This document shows, piece after piece, positions 9,731 through 19,019 of a stretch of DNA of 64,000 nt (position 1 is its first letter; every line of letters starts with the position of its first letter). The notes under the pieces were generated by a model. That model saw only the letters and a list, made by a program, of their open reading frames with translations. It was not told where the DNA came from and made no database searches. Source of the stretch: an uncultured Solirubrobacteraceae bacterium (lineage in GTDB: Bacteria; Actinomycetota; Thermoleophilia; Solirubrobacterales; Solirubrobacteraceae); contig CAWDNA010000002.1 in assembly GCA_963803565.1 (NCBI GenBank), positions 14,247 through 78,246 on the forward strand, written 5' to 3'. The position numbers were made by a program, and so were the translations under genes.

Positions 9731-10174
9731 TCAGCCCACCGGCGCGCCGTTGGCCGTCAGGCCCACCTCGATGTTGCCGCGGGTGGCGTTGGAGTAGGGG
9801 CAGACCTCGTGCGCGGCCCGGACGAGATCGACCGCCGTCTCAGTCTCGGCGATGTTGGGAAGGGTGACGTCGAGCTGGACTGCGAGCACGAAGCCGCCTT
9901 TGCCGTCCGGCGAGAGCGAGACCTTCGAATCGATCGCCGCGTCCGCGGGGTCGGCCTTGGTGCGGCGCGCCACGACGCCGAGCGCGCCCTCAAAGCACGC
10001 CGCGTAGCCGACGGCGAAGAGCTCCTCGGGGTTCGTGCCGCCGCCGGGCCCGCCCATCTCGGCCGGGATGCGCAGGTCGACCTCCAGCGCGCCGTCGTTG
10101 CTGCGGCCATGCCCTTCGGCGCGTCCGCCCGTTACGTGTGCCTCTGCCGTGTAGAGCGTGTTCGCCATCGCCAT
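9731..10174 (-). CDS. ohr: Organic hydroperoxide resistance protein
   Basis: TNPEELFAVGYAACF and AHEVCPYSNATRGNI. Confidence 0.95.
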   Translation of the reverse strand: MAMANTLYTAEAHVTGGRAEGHGRSNDGALEVDLRIPAEMGGPGGGTNPEELFAVGYAACFEGALGVVARRTKADPADAAIDSKVSLSPDGKGGFVLAVQLDVTLPNIAETETAVDLVRAAHEVCPYSNATRGNIEVGLTANGAPVG

Positions 10175-10360
10175 CCCTCTCGTCGCGGTTTTGCGAGCCA
10201 GATCCTAGCCGCGGCTTGCATACAGCCGAAGGCGGGCAGCACGATAGCGGCGATCTCCGCGAGCTGTTGACGGCCTCGCCGTTTGTGGTTGACATAACAT
10301 GCATTATCGAGCGTGCTACGACGCCGGGGGGCCTGCCCTGCAGCGCTCTCGCTCTGCGGC

Positions 10361-10825
10361 TCACGCCGAGCTGCTGCGCCCGAGATCGCTCGCGGATGCG
10401 AGGAGATCCCTCGTGGCCGCGTCCTCGATCCCGGCGAAGTAATCGCTCAGGACGCGGCGGAACACGACGCTGTCGGGCGCGGCGTGCGCGAACAGCGTCA
10501 TCGACGAGCGCAGCTTCATCGCGTCGGTTGCGCCGAAGATCTCCTGCGCGCCTTGCCCGCTGAGCCCGCACAGGGTGCTCGCGCACTCGATCAGCCGTGG
10601 CCCGAGAACGGGATGTTCCAGATAGGCCTTCGCTTCGGCCAGCGAGGAGATCGCGTAGGTCCTCGACATCGAGCTCCGTCCCAGCCCGGCGACTTGGGGG
10701 AATATGAACCACATCCAGTGGCCCGTCTTGCGTCCGCCACGCAGCTCGGAGACGGCCTGCTCGTATGTTCCTCCCTCGTCCTGGGCGGTCTCGAAGCGTC
10801 TGAGCGAGAAGGGGTCGTGGTTCAT
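10361..10825 (-). CDS. DUF1810 family protein
   Basis: ELRGGRKTGHWMWFIFPQ, YLEHPVLGPRL, DAMKLRSSMTLF. Confidence 0.9.
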   Translation of the reverse strand: MNHDPFSLRRFETAQDEGGTYEQAVSELRGGRKTGHWMWFIFPQVAGLGRSSMSRTYAISSLAEAKAYLEHPVLGPRLIECASTLCGLSGQGAQEIFGATDAMKLRSSMTLFAHAAPDSVVFRRVLSDYFAGIEDAATRDLLASASDLGRSSSA

Positions 10826-10854
10826 CTTTAGGAGAGCGCTCGCCTGGACCCTGC

Positions 10855-11613
10855 TCAGATGAGCGACGCTCGCCGATGCTCTGTAAAGAGCGCGAGCGCA
10901 TAGCGTCCGGCGGGGTGCTCGCGTGCGCGCTCGATGAGGGAGGCGGTCTCGGGCGCCAGTATGTCGGGCTGCGGAAGGGCCACGCCGTAGACCGGTGGCA
11001 GGATGACCGCGGCCGACAGTGCCGCGAAGGTCAGATCTGCCGCACCGAAACGCTCGCCGCAGAGGTGCGGACGGCCATCTGCCAAGAGCTCTGCCACGTA
11101 GTCGAGCTCGCGCCACACCGAGGCCTCGTCCTCGGTCTCGACCCCCGGGCGGATATCGAGCGCGCCGCGGATGAAGCGGGCGACGAGCGGCCATCCGCAG
11201 CGCAGCGCGAGATCCTCCCATGCGGGCACGCCCTCGTCGTTGAAGCGCAGCGCGAGCCTGCGCTGGGCGAGCATGTGGACGTACATCAGGCGCCGCGCCT
11301 TCGGCCCGAGCTCCTCGTCGAAGCGCCGGCATAGGCGCTCCACCTCCTGCCGCGACGCGGGGTCGGCGGGGAACAGCCGCCTCTCGCAGGGCGTGCGCTC
11401 GTCGACCCAGGCGAGGATCGCCTGAGACTCTCCGATCGCGCCCTCGGGCGTCACCAGCACGGGCACCGTCGCCCCGCCCCCCGCGCGTCTGGCGGCCAGG
11501 CGATGAATGCCCTGGACGTGGCGCTCCTCGCGATAGCGCATTCCCGCCCGCTCGAGTGCCCACCGCGCCTTTTCGCAGTAATGGCTGATCGGGATCGTCA
11601 CGAGGCGCAGCAG
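10855..11613 (-). CDS. Glutathione S-transferase family protein (start uncertain: CTG 11613 or GTG 11631)
   Basis: TIPISHYCEKARWAL, TVPVL, GESQAIL, FGAADLTFAAL. Confidence 0.87.
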   Translation of the reverse strand: MLRLVTIPISHYCEKARWALERAGMRYREERHVQGIHRLAARRAGGGATVPVLVTPEGAIGESQAILAWVDERTPCERRLFPADPASRQEVERLCRRFDEELGPKARRLMYVHMLAQRRLALRFNDEGVPAWEDLALRCGWPLVARFIRGALDIRPGVETEDEASVWRELDYVAELLADGRPHLCGERFGAADLTFAALSAAVILPPVYGVALPQPDILAPETASLIERAREHPAGRYALALFTEHRRASLI

Positions 11614-11695
11614 GGTAGGAAGTATGCCCACCGCGCTCGTCGTGCCGAGGCTGACAGAGCCTGCCGCAGGACGGCGGTGCGCAATAGTCTCGGCA

Positions 11696-12469
11696 ATGGC
11701 CGGCCGGCGGTGGGATGCGTTGCTGATCGACATCGACGGGGTTCTGCACGTGGGCGCGGACCCGGTCGCGGGGGCGCGCGAGACGCTGGAGCTGCTGCGC
11801 GAGCGGAACCTGCCCTTTCGGCTCGTGACAAACACGACGTCTCGCTCGCGACGGCTCGTCGTGGAGGGGCTCCGCAGCATGGGCTTCGAGATCGAGCAGA
11901 GCGACGTGCTCACACCGGCCGCGTTGGCCGTCCGCCACTGCCGCGACCGCGGCTACACGCGGGTCGCCCTGCACGTGGCCCCCGCTCTGCTGGAGGATCT
12001 TCGCGAGCTGGACGGCCCGCTGAACGGCGACGCGCAGGCTGTGGTTCTCGGTGACCTCGGCGAGGCGTTCACGTATGCGCGCCTCAACGCGATCTTTGGG
12101 CAGCTGCAGGGGGGTGCCGAGCTCGTCGCGCTGCAGCGCAACCGGGTCTGGCAGTCCGAGCACGGGCTCGTGCTCGACGCGGGGCCGTTCGTCGTCGCGC
12201 TCGAGTACGCGATCGGGCGCGCGGCGCTCGTCACGGGCAAGCCCTCCGCGACGTTCTTCTCCACCGCTCTCGATGACCTCGGCGCCGAGGCCGCCACTGC
12301 GGCGATGATCGGCGACGACATCGAGGCCGACGTCGGGGGCGCGATCGACGCAGGCCTGGACGGCGTGCTGGTCCGAACCGGCAAGTTTCGCGACGACACA
12401 CTCGCGATGAGCAGTGTCGAGCCAACGCTCGTCTGGGACTCGATCGCCGAGCTGCGCCGCCACCTTTGA
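11696..12469 (+). CDS. HAD-IIA hydrolase (LHPP-like)
   Basis: DIDGVL, VTN, GKPS, MIGDDIEADVGGA, VRTGKF. Confidence 0.92.
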   Translation: MAGRRWDALLIDIDGVLHVGADPVAGARETLELLRERNLPFRLVTNTTSRSRRLVVEGLRSMGFEIEQSDVLTPAALAVRHCRDRGYTRVALHVAPALLEDLRELDGPLNGDAQAVVLGDLGEAFTYARLNAIFGQLQGGAELVALQRNRVWQSEHGLVLDAGPFVVALEYAIGRAALVTGKPSATFFSTALDDLGAEAATAAMIGDDIEADVGGAIDAGLDGVLVRTGKFRDDTLAMSSVEPTLVWDSIAELRRHL

Positions 12470-12572
12470 CCGACGGCGGCGCGTGCGAGTTGACGCTGGC
12501 GGGCTCAAGCTATGCGCGCTCGCGCTCGATCAGGTTCTTGGCAGTACGCCAAAGATCAACTCTCTACCCCCC

Positions 12573-12601
12573 TTGAATTATTTCTTGGCATGCCATATTC
12601 T
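12573..12601 (+). promoter_or_regulatory. Sigma70 promoter of the leaderless mntR-like gene, with a palindrome in the spacer
   Basis: TTGAAT-17nt-TATTCT-6nt-ATG; TGGCATGCCA palindrome at 12586-12595. Confidence 0.65.
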
Positions 12602-12607
12602 AAACTC

Positions 12608-13330
12608 ATGGCCACCAAGGAACTGCTCCGCACTCCCGCTGTCGAGGACTACACGAAGGCGATCTTCGCGCTCGAGTCGCGTAGCGAGGAGCCGGTACCC
12701 ACCAACGCACTGGCCGAGCGCCTGGGCATCACGCCCGGCTCGGTTTCGGCGATGCTCAAGAAGCTGGACGAGCTGGGACTGATCACCCACGTCCCCTACA
12801 GGGGCGTGCGCCTCACCGAAGACGGCCGCCGCATCGCGCTCGAGGTGATTCGCCATCACCGCCTGCTCGAGAGCTATCTCGCCGATGCGCTCGGGATGCC
12901 GTGGGACCGTGTTCATGCCGAGGCGGAGGTCCTCGAGCACGTGCTCTCCGATGATCTCGAGCAGCTGATCGCGGCAAAGCTCGGAAACCCGACCGTCGAT
13001 CCGCACGGCGATCCGATCCCGAGCGCCGATCTTGAGCTGGAAGAGCGGACCACGCGCCGCATGGACAGCCTGGCCCCGGGCGATGAGGGGCTGTTCGTGC
13101 GCGTCTCGGACTCCGACCCCGAGATGCTGCGTTATCTGGCCGATCGCGGCATCTCACCGGGCGAGCGCTTCGCGGTGCGCGACCGCCAGCCCTTCGGTGG
13201 CCCGCTGTTCGTCCTCTTCGGCGAGCACGAGCACGCGATCGGCGGCCAGCTCGCGCGCGCGATGCGCGTCGAGCTCGAGCGCAGCGCGCGCCAGCCCGAG
13301 GCCCGCGACAGGAAGGCCCGGCGCCGATGA
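12608..13330 (+). CDS. DtxR/MntR metal-dependent repressor with FeoA domain
   Basis: VEDYTKAI, RHHRLLESYL, HAEAEVLEH, DPHGDPIP. Confidence 0.95.
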   Translation: MATKELLRTPAVEDYTKAIFALESRSEEPVPTNALAERLGITPGSVSAMLKKLDELGLITHVPYRGVRLTEDGRRIALEVIRHHRLLESYLADALGMPWDRVHAEAEVLEHVLSDDLEQLIAAKLGNPTVDPHGDPIPSADLELEERTTRRMDSLAPGDEGLFVRVSDSDPEMLRYLADRGISPGERFAVRDRQPFGGPLFVLFGEHEHAIGGQLARAMRVELERSARQPEARDRKARRR

Positions 13331-14691
13331 GCGCGACCGAAGCGAGCGCCCCTCCCCTCCTCGTCAGCCCGCTGCTAACCGACGAGGACACCGCCCGCTC
13401 ACACGATCGCTCACGCGTTCATCACGCTCGCAGGCACGACAAGCGCTGGTATTTGCTGTGGCTGCTGGTGGGCCCGGGCATGCTCGCGATGCTCGGCGAG
13501 AACGATGGGCCGAGCATGATCGCCTACGCGGCCGACGGGGCGCAGTACGGGCTGGGGTTCTTCGTGCCCTTCATCCCGATCCTGTTTGCGATGGCGTTCG
13601 TCTGCCAGGAGATGTGCATGCGCGTCGGCGCGGTCACGCATCGTGGCTATGGCGAGCTCGTGCTGCAGCGCTACGGACGGGTCTGGGGCTGGTTCGGCGC
13701 CGGCGATCTCACCTTCACCAACCTGGTCACCCTCGTCGCGGAGTTCGTTTCCATTCGCGTCGGCCTGGCGTATTTTCACCTCGGCTCCGGTGTTGCGGTC
13801 GCGCTCGGCCTGGCGCTCGTCGCGTTCACCCTCAGCGGCGGGCGCTACTGGCGCTGGGAGCGCATCGTGCTCGGCCTGGCTCTGTTCAACGGCCTGTTCC
13901 TGCTCGCGGCGATCCTCGTGAAACCCCACCTGGGAAGCGTGGTCGGCGCGCTCGACTTCACTCCCCTGCCGAGCGGCGGATTCAACCCGCTGCTGCTGCT
14001 GCTGGCCTCCACGATCGGTGCGACGGTGACGCCGTGGATGATCTTCTTCCAGCAGAGCGCCTCCGCGGATAAGGGAATGACGCCCCGCGACATCAAACAC
14101 GGCCGCTATGACACCGCCGCCGGCGCGGTCCTTGCTGCGATCTTCGGTGTCGGGGCCCTGATCGCCGGGGCAGCGCTGCTCAGCCACAACGGCACTGGCA
14201 TTCAGGGTTTCGCCGGCGCAGGGTTTCCCGAGGCGCTAAGGCACGTCGCCGGGGGCGCGGTGGGCACCCTGTTCGCGCTCGGCCTGATCGAGGCCGGGGC
14301 GGTCGCGATCCTGACGATCTCCGCCAGCACCGCCTACGCGGCCGGCGAATGCGTCGGCGCCTCCCACAGCTTCAACAGCTCGCCACGCAGCGCCGCGGTC
14401 TTCTATGCGGCGAACATCGGCGTCGCGCTGCTCGCGGCCGTCGTGATCCTGATCCCGGGCGCCCCGCTTCTGGCGATCGTCCTCAACGCCAATGTTCTGG
14501 CCACCGTGCTCCTGCCGGTGAGCCTCGTCTTCGTGGTGATGCTCGCCAACGACAGGGGCCTGATGGGCCCGTGGGTGAATCGGCGCTCGAACAACGCGAT
14601 CGGGATCGCCGTGATCGTGTTCGTCGGACTCTGCGGAGCCGCCTACGGCATCGATTCCTTCCTGCAGGCCGTCCACGTGATCGGCTCATGA
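13327..14691 (+). CDS. NRAMP-superfamily divalent cation transporter (non-canonical MntH)
   Basis: GPGMLAMLGENDGPS, QEMCMRVG, GATVTPWMIFFQQS; about 11 TM. Confidence 0.88.
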   Translation: MSATEASAPPLLVSPLLTDEDTARSHDRSRVHHARRHDKRWYLLWLLVGPGMLAMLGENDGPSMIAYAADGAQYGLGFFVPFIPILFAMAFVCQEMCMRVGAVTHRGYGELVLQRYGRVWGWFGAGDLTFTNLVTLVAEFVSIRVGLAYFHLGSGVAVALGLALVAFTLSGGRYWRWERIVLGLALFNGLFLLAAILVKPHLGSVVGALDFTPLPSGGFNPLLLLLASTIGATVTPWMIFFQQSASADKGMTPRDIKHGRYDTAAGAVLAAIFGVGALIAGAALLSHNGTGIQGFAGAGFPEALRHVAGGAVGTLFALGLIEAGAVAILTISASTAYAAGECVGASHSFNSSPRSAAVFYAANIGVALLAAVVILIPGAPLLAIVLNANVLATVLLPVSLVFVVMLANDRGLMGPWVNRRSNNAIGIAVIVFVGLCGAAYGIDSFLQAVHVIGS

Positions 14692-14945
14692 GCAGCGAGG
14701 CACGCACCGAGGCCGCGATCGAGGGCGCCTCTGCGATTCTCGAGCGAGACCTTCAGCGCCAGGAGCGCTTCGAGGACGACCTGATCATGCACCTCGAGCG
14801 CGACCAGTTCGTGGCCGAGACCTCAAAGCCGGTGCCGCCGGCCGTGCTGAGCGCGCGCGTCACGGCCGGACTGTGGGCGTTGCGCGTGTTCGTCGTGCTC
14901 GTCAGCTTGATGGTGATCTACACGTTCATCGAACGGCTGCACTGA
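14688..14945 (+). CDS. Small membrane protein coupled to the transporter
   Basis: ATGA overlap with transporter stop; one C-terminal TM. Confidence 0.7.
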   Translation: MSSEARTEAAIEGASAILERDLQRQERFEDDLIMHLERDQFVAETSKPVPPAVLSARVTAGLWALRVFVVLVSLMVIYTFIERLH

Positions 14946-15015
14946 CGCCGATCGTGCGCGCCGCGATGCCGCGATCTGCGCGCTGGCGGGCGCGGCGGCC
15001 GACTCGCGAGAGCGG

Positions 15016-15771
15016 CTATTCGGTGAGCAGGCGCACGATCGCAGCGATGCCGACCACCACGATCACCGCCCGCAGCGCCGTCGGAGGCAGACGCCGCCCG
15101 TAGCGAGCGCCGAGCTGCGCGCCGAGGATCGAGGTGCACGCGATGATCGCCGCAGGCGCCCACTCGACGTGCGCGGCGAACACGAAGTACACGCCGGCAA
15201 CGCCGTTGACGAGGCCTGCGAGGACGTTCTTGAGGGCATTGGTGCGCTGCAGGTCCTGCGCGAGCGACACGCCGAGGATGCCCAGCAGCAGGATCCCCTG
15301 GGCCGCCCCGAAGTAGCCGCCGTAGACGCCGGCGAGATAGACGGCGAGCGCAGTGAACAGGCTGCCGTTGCGCTCGAGATCGATCTGGCGCTTGACCAGC
15401 CACAGGCTCAGGCGCGGCTGCAGCACCGTCAGCACGAGCGCCGCGGCGATGAAGACCGGCACGATCGCCTTGAAGGCTGCCGCCGGCAGCACCAACAGCA
15501 GCACCGCGCCGGTGATGCCTCCGAGCACGGACATCGACCCCAGCCGCCGGACGCGCCGACGCTGCCCGCCGAGCTCCCGCCGGTAGCCGATGGCCCCCGA
15601 GACCGACCCGGGAACGAGGCCGATCGTGTTCGACACGTTGGCCGTCACCGGCGCGTACCCGAATGCCAGCAGCACCGGGAAGGTGATCAGGGTTCCGCTT
15701 CCCACCAGCGTGTTGATCGTGCCCGCCGCCAAACCGGCGAGGGCGATCGAGACGACCTCGCCGAGGCTCAA
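15016..15771 (-). CDS. TauE/SafE (TSUP) exporter family
   Basis: AGTINTLVGSGTLITFP, GVYGGYFGAAQG, NALKN. Confidence 0.92.
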   Translation of the reverse strand: MSLGEVVSIALAGLAAGTINTLVGSGTLITFPVLLAFGYAPVTANVSNTIGLVPGSVSGAIGYRRELGGQRRRVRRLGSMSVLGGITGAVLLLVLPAAAFKAIVPVFIAAALVLTVLQPRLSLWLVKRQIDLERNGSLFTALAVYLAGVYGGYFGAAQGILLLGILGVSLAQDLQRTNALKNVLAGLVNGVAGVYFVFAAHVEWAPAAIIACTSILGAQLGARYGRRLPPTALRAVIVVVGIAAIVRLLTE

Positions 15772-15831
15772 TGCACTTCAACGTTCGGACGTGCGAAGGG
15801 TGGGATGGGCCGACACCTCTACTGTTGCGCC

Positions 15832-16350
15832 ATGAACATCGAGAAGGCTATCCGCACGCGCCGGACGCACAAGGCGTTCGGCGCTCGAGCGCTCGAGCCG
15901 GAGGAGCTCGAGGGGCTGCTCGAGCTCGCGCGCTGGGCACCGAACCACCATCTGAGCAACCCGTGGCGGTTTCGCGTGCTCGGGCCGAGCACGCGCGCCC
16001 GCCTGATGCGCCTGGCCGAGTCCGAGCAGCCCGGCGCGGCCGCGAAGCTGGCGCGCGCGCCCACGCTGATCGCTGTCACGGCGCATCTGACGGGAGACCC
16101 GGTGCAGGACCGAGAGGACCTGCACGCAACCGCGGTGGCGGCCTATCTCGTGCTGCTCGCCGCCCACGCCCGCGGACTTGCCGGCTACTGGCGCACGGTG
16201 GCGCTGCTCGACGACCCCAGGGGCCGGAAGATGCTCGGCCTGGCGGCGGCGGAGACGCCGGTGGGCCTGCTCTACCTCGGTGAGCCGGTCCAGGAGCAGA
16301 GGGTGCCGGAGCGGGCCCCGCTGGCCGAGGTGGTCATCCAGCTCGACTGA
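15832..16350 (+). CDS. Nitroreductase family protein
   Basis: AIRTRRT, ARWAPNHHLSNPWRF; TACTGT-N6-ATG. Confidence 0.9.
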   Translation: MNIEKAIRTRRTHKAFGARALEPEELEGLLELARWAPNHHLSNPWRFRVLGPSTRARLMRLAESEQPGAAAKLARAPTLIAVTAHLTGDPVQDREDLHATAVAAYLVLLAAHARGLAGYWRTVALLDDPRGRKMLGLAAAETPVGLLYLGEPVQEQRVPERAPLAEVVIQLD

Positions 16351-16406
16351 GCGAGCCTGCTCTGCCAGGAGGCGGCGGCAGGGCGCGGGCGTGAGGATTC
16401 ACCGCT

Positions 16407-17597
16407 TTGGCGGGGTCGGAGATTGCGTTAGCCTCTGCCGGCGTGAGGGGGCTCGTTGACCGTGCCAGGGCGAGAGGCACGCGCTCCGGCGTGATCAGCG
16501 CACTGTGCGTGCTGGTGGTTGTGCTCGCCGGAGCGGGAGCCGCGGTGGCGATAACCCGTCACAAGGTCGGCAGCCTCCTCGGCTCGCGTCCGGCGAGCGC
16601 AGCGGTGCCGTTGGCCGCGCTCCCCCCCACCCGCCTGCTCGCGCTGCCCGGGCATCGGATCGGGAATGGCACACACCCGCTGGCGGTGACGCTCTCGGCA
16701 CCTCCCGCCGCGACCTCGCCGCCGCCCACCCTCACGCCCGCGGTCGCGGGCAGCTGGAGGGTGGTGGCCGACTCGGACGTCTTCCTCCCGGCCTCGACGC
16801 TCCTGCCCTGCTCGACATATACGCTCACGGTCTGGGCCGACACGACTTCCGCGGGCCACTCGCGCCTCGGCAGGCGGCACACGGTGGGCCTGAACGTCGC
16901 GTGCCCGCCGCTTGCCGGCCTGCAGCAGGCTCTCGCGCGCCTAGGCTACATCGGCGCGAGCTTCCGGTCGCTGTACGGCGTTCACATTCCCTCCGGCCCT
17001 GAGACGCGCAGCGAAACCGCGATCCATGCCTACCACCCGCCCCGTGGTGTGCTCGCCCCAGACCCCTCCGACGCGCCACGGGTGGCGATGGGCCAACTCG
17101 ACGAGACCACCAAGGGCGCGCTCGTGCGCTACCAAGCAGACCACGGGCTGGAACCGACCGGCGAACCCGACCGCGCGACCTGGCTGTCGGTGCTCGCATC
17201 TGTCACCCACGACCGGCGCGCTCCCGGGCCCTACACGTGGGTGACGGTGTCCGAGTCGATCCCCGAGACGCTCGAGGTGCATCGCGGAGACCGCGTCGTG
17301 CTGCAGAGTCCCGTCAACACGGGCGTGCCCGGCGCGGAAACGCCGCAGGGCATCTTCCCGATCTTCGCGCGCTTCGTGTCCACGACGATGAGCGGCACCG
17401 ACGTCGACGGCACCAAATACGTGGTTCCCGATGTGCCCTGGGTGAACTACTTCAACGGCGGCGACGCCGTGCACGGCTATCCGCGCGCCTCCTACGGCAG
17501 CCCGCAGTCCAACGGCTGCGTGGAGCTGCCGATCGAAACGGCGCAGACGGTCTTTGGCATGCTCGCAATCGGCGACGTCGTCGAGGTCACCGGCTGA
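16407..17597 (+). CDS. L,D-transpeptidase with Ig-like and PG-binding domains (start approximate)
   Basis: TM anchor, YQADHGLEPTG PG-binding motif, AVHGY..SNGCVEL catalytic motif. Confidence 0.88.
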   Translation: MAGSEIALASAGVRGLVDRARARGTRSGVISALCVLVVVLAGAGAAVAITRHKVGSLLGSRPASAAVPLAALPPTRLLALPGHRIGNGTHPLAVTLSAPPAATSPPPTLTPAVAGSWRVVADSDVFLPASTLLPCSTYTLTVWADTTSAGHSRLGRRHTVGLNVACPPLAGLQQALARLGYIGASFRSLYGVHIPSGPETRSETAIHAYHPPRGVLAPDPSDAPRVAMGQLDETTKGALVRYQADHGLEPTGEPDRATWLSVLASVTHDRRAPGPYTWVTVSESIPETLEVHRGDRVVLQSPVNTGVPGAETPQGIFPIFARFVSTTMSGTDVDGTKYVVPDVPWVNYFNGGDAVHGYPRASYGSPQSNGCVELPIETAQTVFGMLAIGDVVEVTG

Positions 17598-17631
17598 GCC
17601 GGCGCTTTCGCGTCATGCGGGGAGCTACAGC

Positions 17632-18360
17632 TTGAGCGGCTTGGGCGATGCCGCGCGTACGTCGCGCCAGCGGACGGGCGACCGTTACGGACCGCTGCCG
17701 TCGCTGATGGTCGCGCTGACGTTCGTGACCGGCGTGGTCGATGCCGCCAGCTACCTCAAGCTGGGCCACGTGTTCGTGGCGAACATGACCGGCAACGTCG
17801 TGTTTCTCGGCTTTGCCCTCGCGGGCGCCAGCGGTCTGTCGAGCATCACCTCGCTGGTGGCGCTGGCTTCCTTCCTCGCGGGTGCCTTTGCCGGAGGTTG
17901 GCTGATCGCGCGCACCTCTGCACATCGCGGGCACCTCCTGCGCGGCGCGAGCGCCTGTCAGACGGGCCTGGTGGCGATCGCCGTGATCGTCGCGGCGTCG
18001 GCGAGCGAACCGTTGAGCTCAGCTGTCCGGTATTCGCTTCTCGTTCCGCTGGCCCTGGCGATGGGCGTGCAGAACGCCTCCGCGCAGCATCTGGCGATCC
18101 CGGAGCTGACGACGACCGTTCTGACGCGAACGCTGACCGGGATCGCCTCCGAAGCGGGCGCTGTCGGGGGACCCGGCTCCAAGCTTGGGCGTCGCAGCGT
18201 GGCGGTGGCGGCGATGCTGCTCGGCGCGCTCACGGGAGGCCTGCTGGCGCTGCACGTGTCGGTTGCCTCCGCCCTCGCCGTCGCGCTCGCGATCGTGGTG
18301 GCGGTCGGGTTGGCCGTCCATCTCCTGTCGCGCTCGCAGGGCGCCTGGACGCGACCCTGA
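17632..18360 (+). CDS. YoaK/DUF1275 membrane protein
   Basis: GVVDAASY..FVANMTGN, AMGVQN, TTTVLT. Confidence 0.9.
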   Translation: MSGLGDAARTSRQRTGDRYGPLPSLMVALTFVTGVVDAASYLKLGHVFVANMTGNVVFLGFALAGASGLSSITSLVALASFLAGAFAGGWLIARTSAHRGHLLRGASACQTGLVAIAVIVAASASEPLSSAVRYSLLVPLALAMGVQNASAQHLAIPELTTTVLTRTLTGIASEAGAVGGPGSKLGRRSVAVAAMLLGALTGGLLALHVSVASALAVALAIVVAVGLAVHLLSRSQGAWTRP

Positions 18361-18412
18361 GCGTCCTCCGTGGCGCCCTGGCCGACTGGACGGACTGCGC
18401 TGGCGCGCTCGC

Positions 18413-18886
18413 CTACTGGACGGTCAGGGTGCCTTCCATGCCGGCCATCCGGTGCCCGGGGACCGAGCAGAAGAACTTGTAGACGCCCGGTTTGAGGGTC
18501 AGCGACAGCGTCCGCGAGCCGCCTTGGAAGGTCGGCGTCGCGCCGAGCTTCGCACCGGTCGAGGATTCGACCGTCACATTGTGTGAGAGCGAGGACATGT
18601 TCGTGAAGTCGATCGAGACGCTGCCCGCTTTGGCGGTCAGCGAGCTCTTGGTGTATTTGAGCTGGCCTTCCGGGTTGGCTTCGAGGCTGAGCGTCTGTGC
18701 GCCGCTCGCCGCGGCCGGGGTCGCGGTGCTCGGCGCGGTGCTCGCCGGCGTGGAGGTGGCGGAGCCGGTGCCACTGGATGAGCTGCCGCAGCCGGCGAGG
18801 ACGAGAACGCCGACGGCCAGGGCCAGCGTCGAGACCTTCGGCAGGAGAGGCATCTTTGCTTGGAACCTCACGTTCGGATCCTCCAT
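18413..18886 (-). CDS. Cupredoxin (plastocyanin/azurin-like) lipoprotein
   Basis: LAGC lipobox; HNV and FFCSVPGHRMAGM type-1 copper ligands. Confidence 0.92.
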   Translation of the reverse strand: MEDPNVRFQAKMPLLPKVSTLALAVGVLVLAGCGSSSSGTGSATSTPASTAPSTATPAAASGAQTLSLEANPEGQLKYTKSSLTAKAGSVSIDFTNMSSLSHNVTVESSTGAKLGATPTFQGGSRTLSLTLKPGVYKFFCSVPGHRMAGMEGTLTVQ

Positions 18887-19019
18887 TGGTTGTGGCCATC
18901 GGTGGTTAGGACACCGCCCGGCACAGATCCTTCCCGGTCGCCGTGACCGCGAGCGTTCCTCGTGCGACGAGAATAGCCGTCGTTGGCCGGCAGGCGGCGC
19001 GTTGCGGACGCTGTTCTGC

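Noticed and set aside
10361-12508. 715-aa ORF
   Set aside because: Only the last 154 aa (DUF1810) look real; the rest overlaps the GST and HAD genes in other frames
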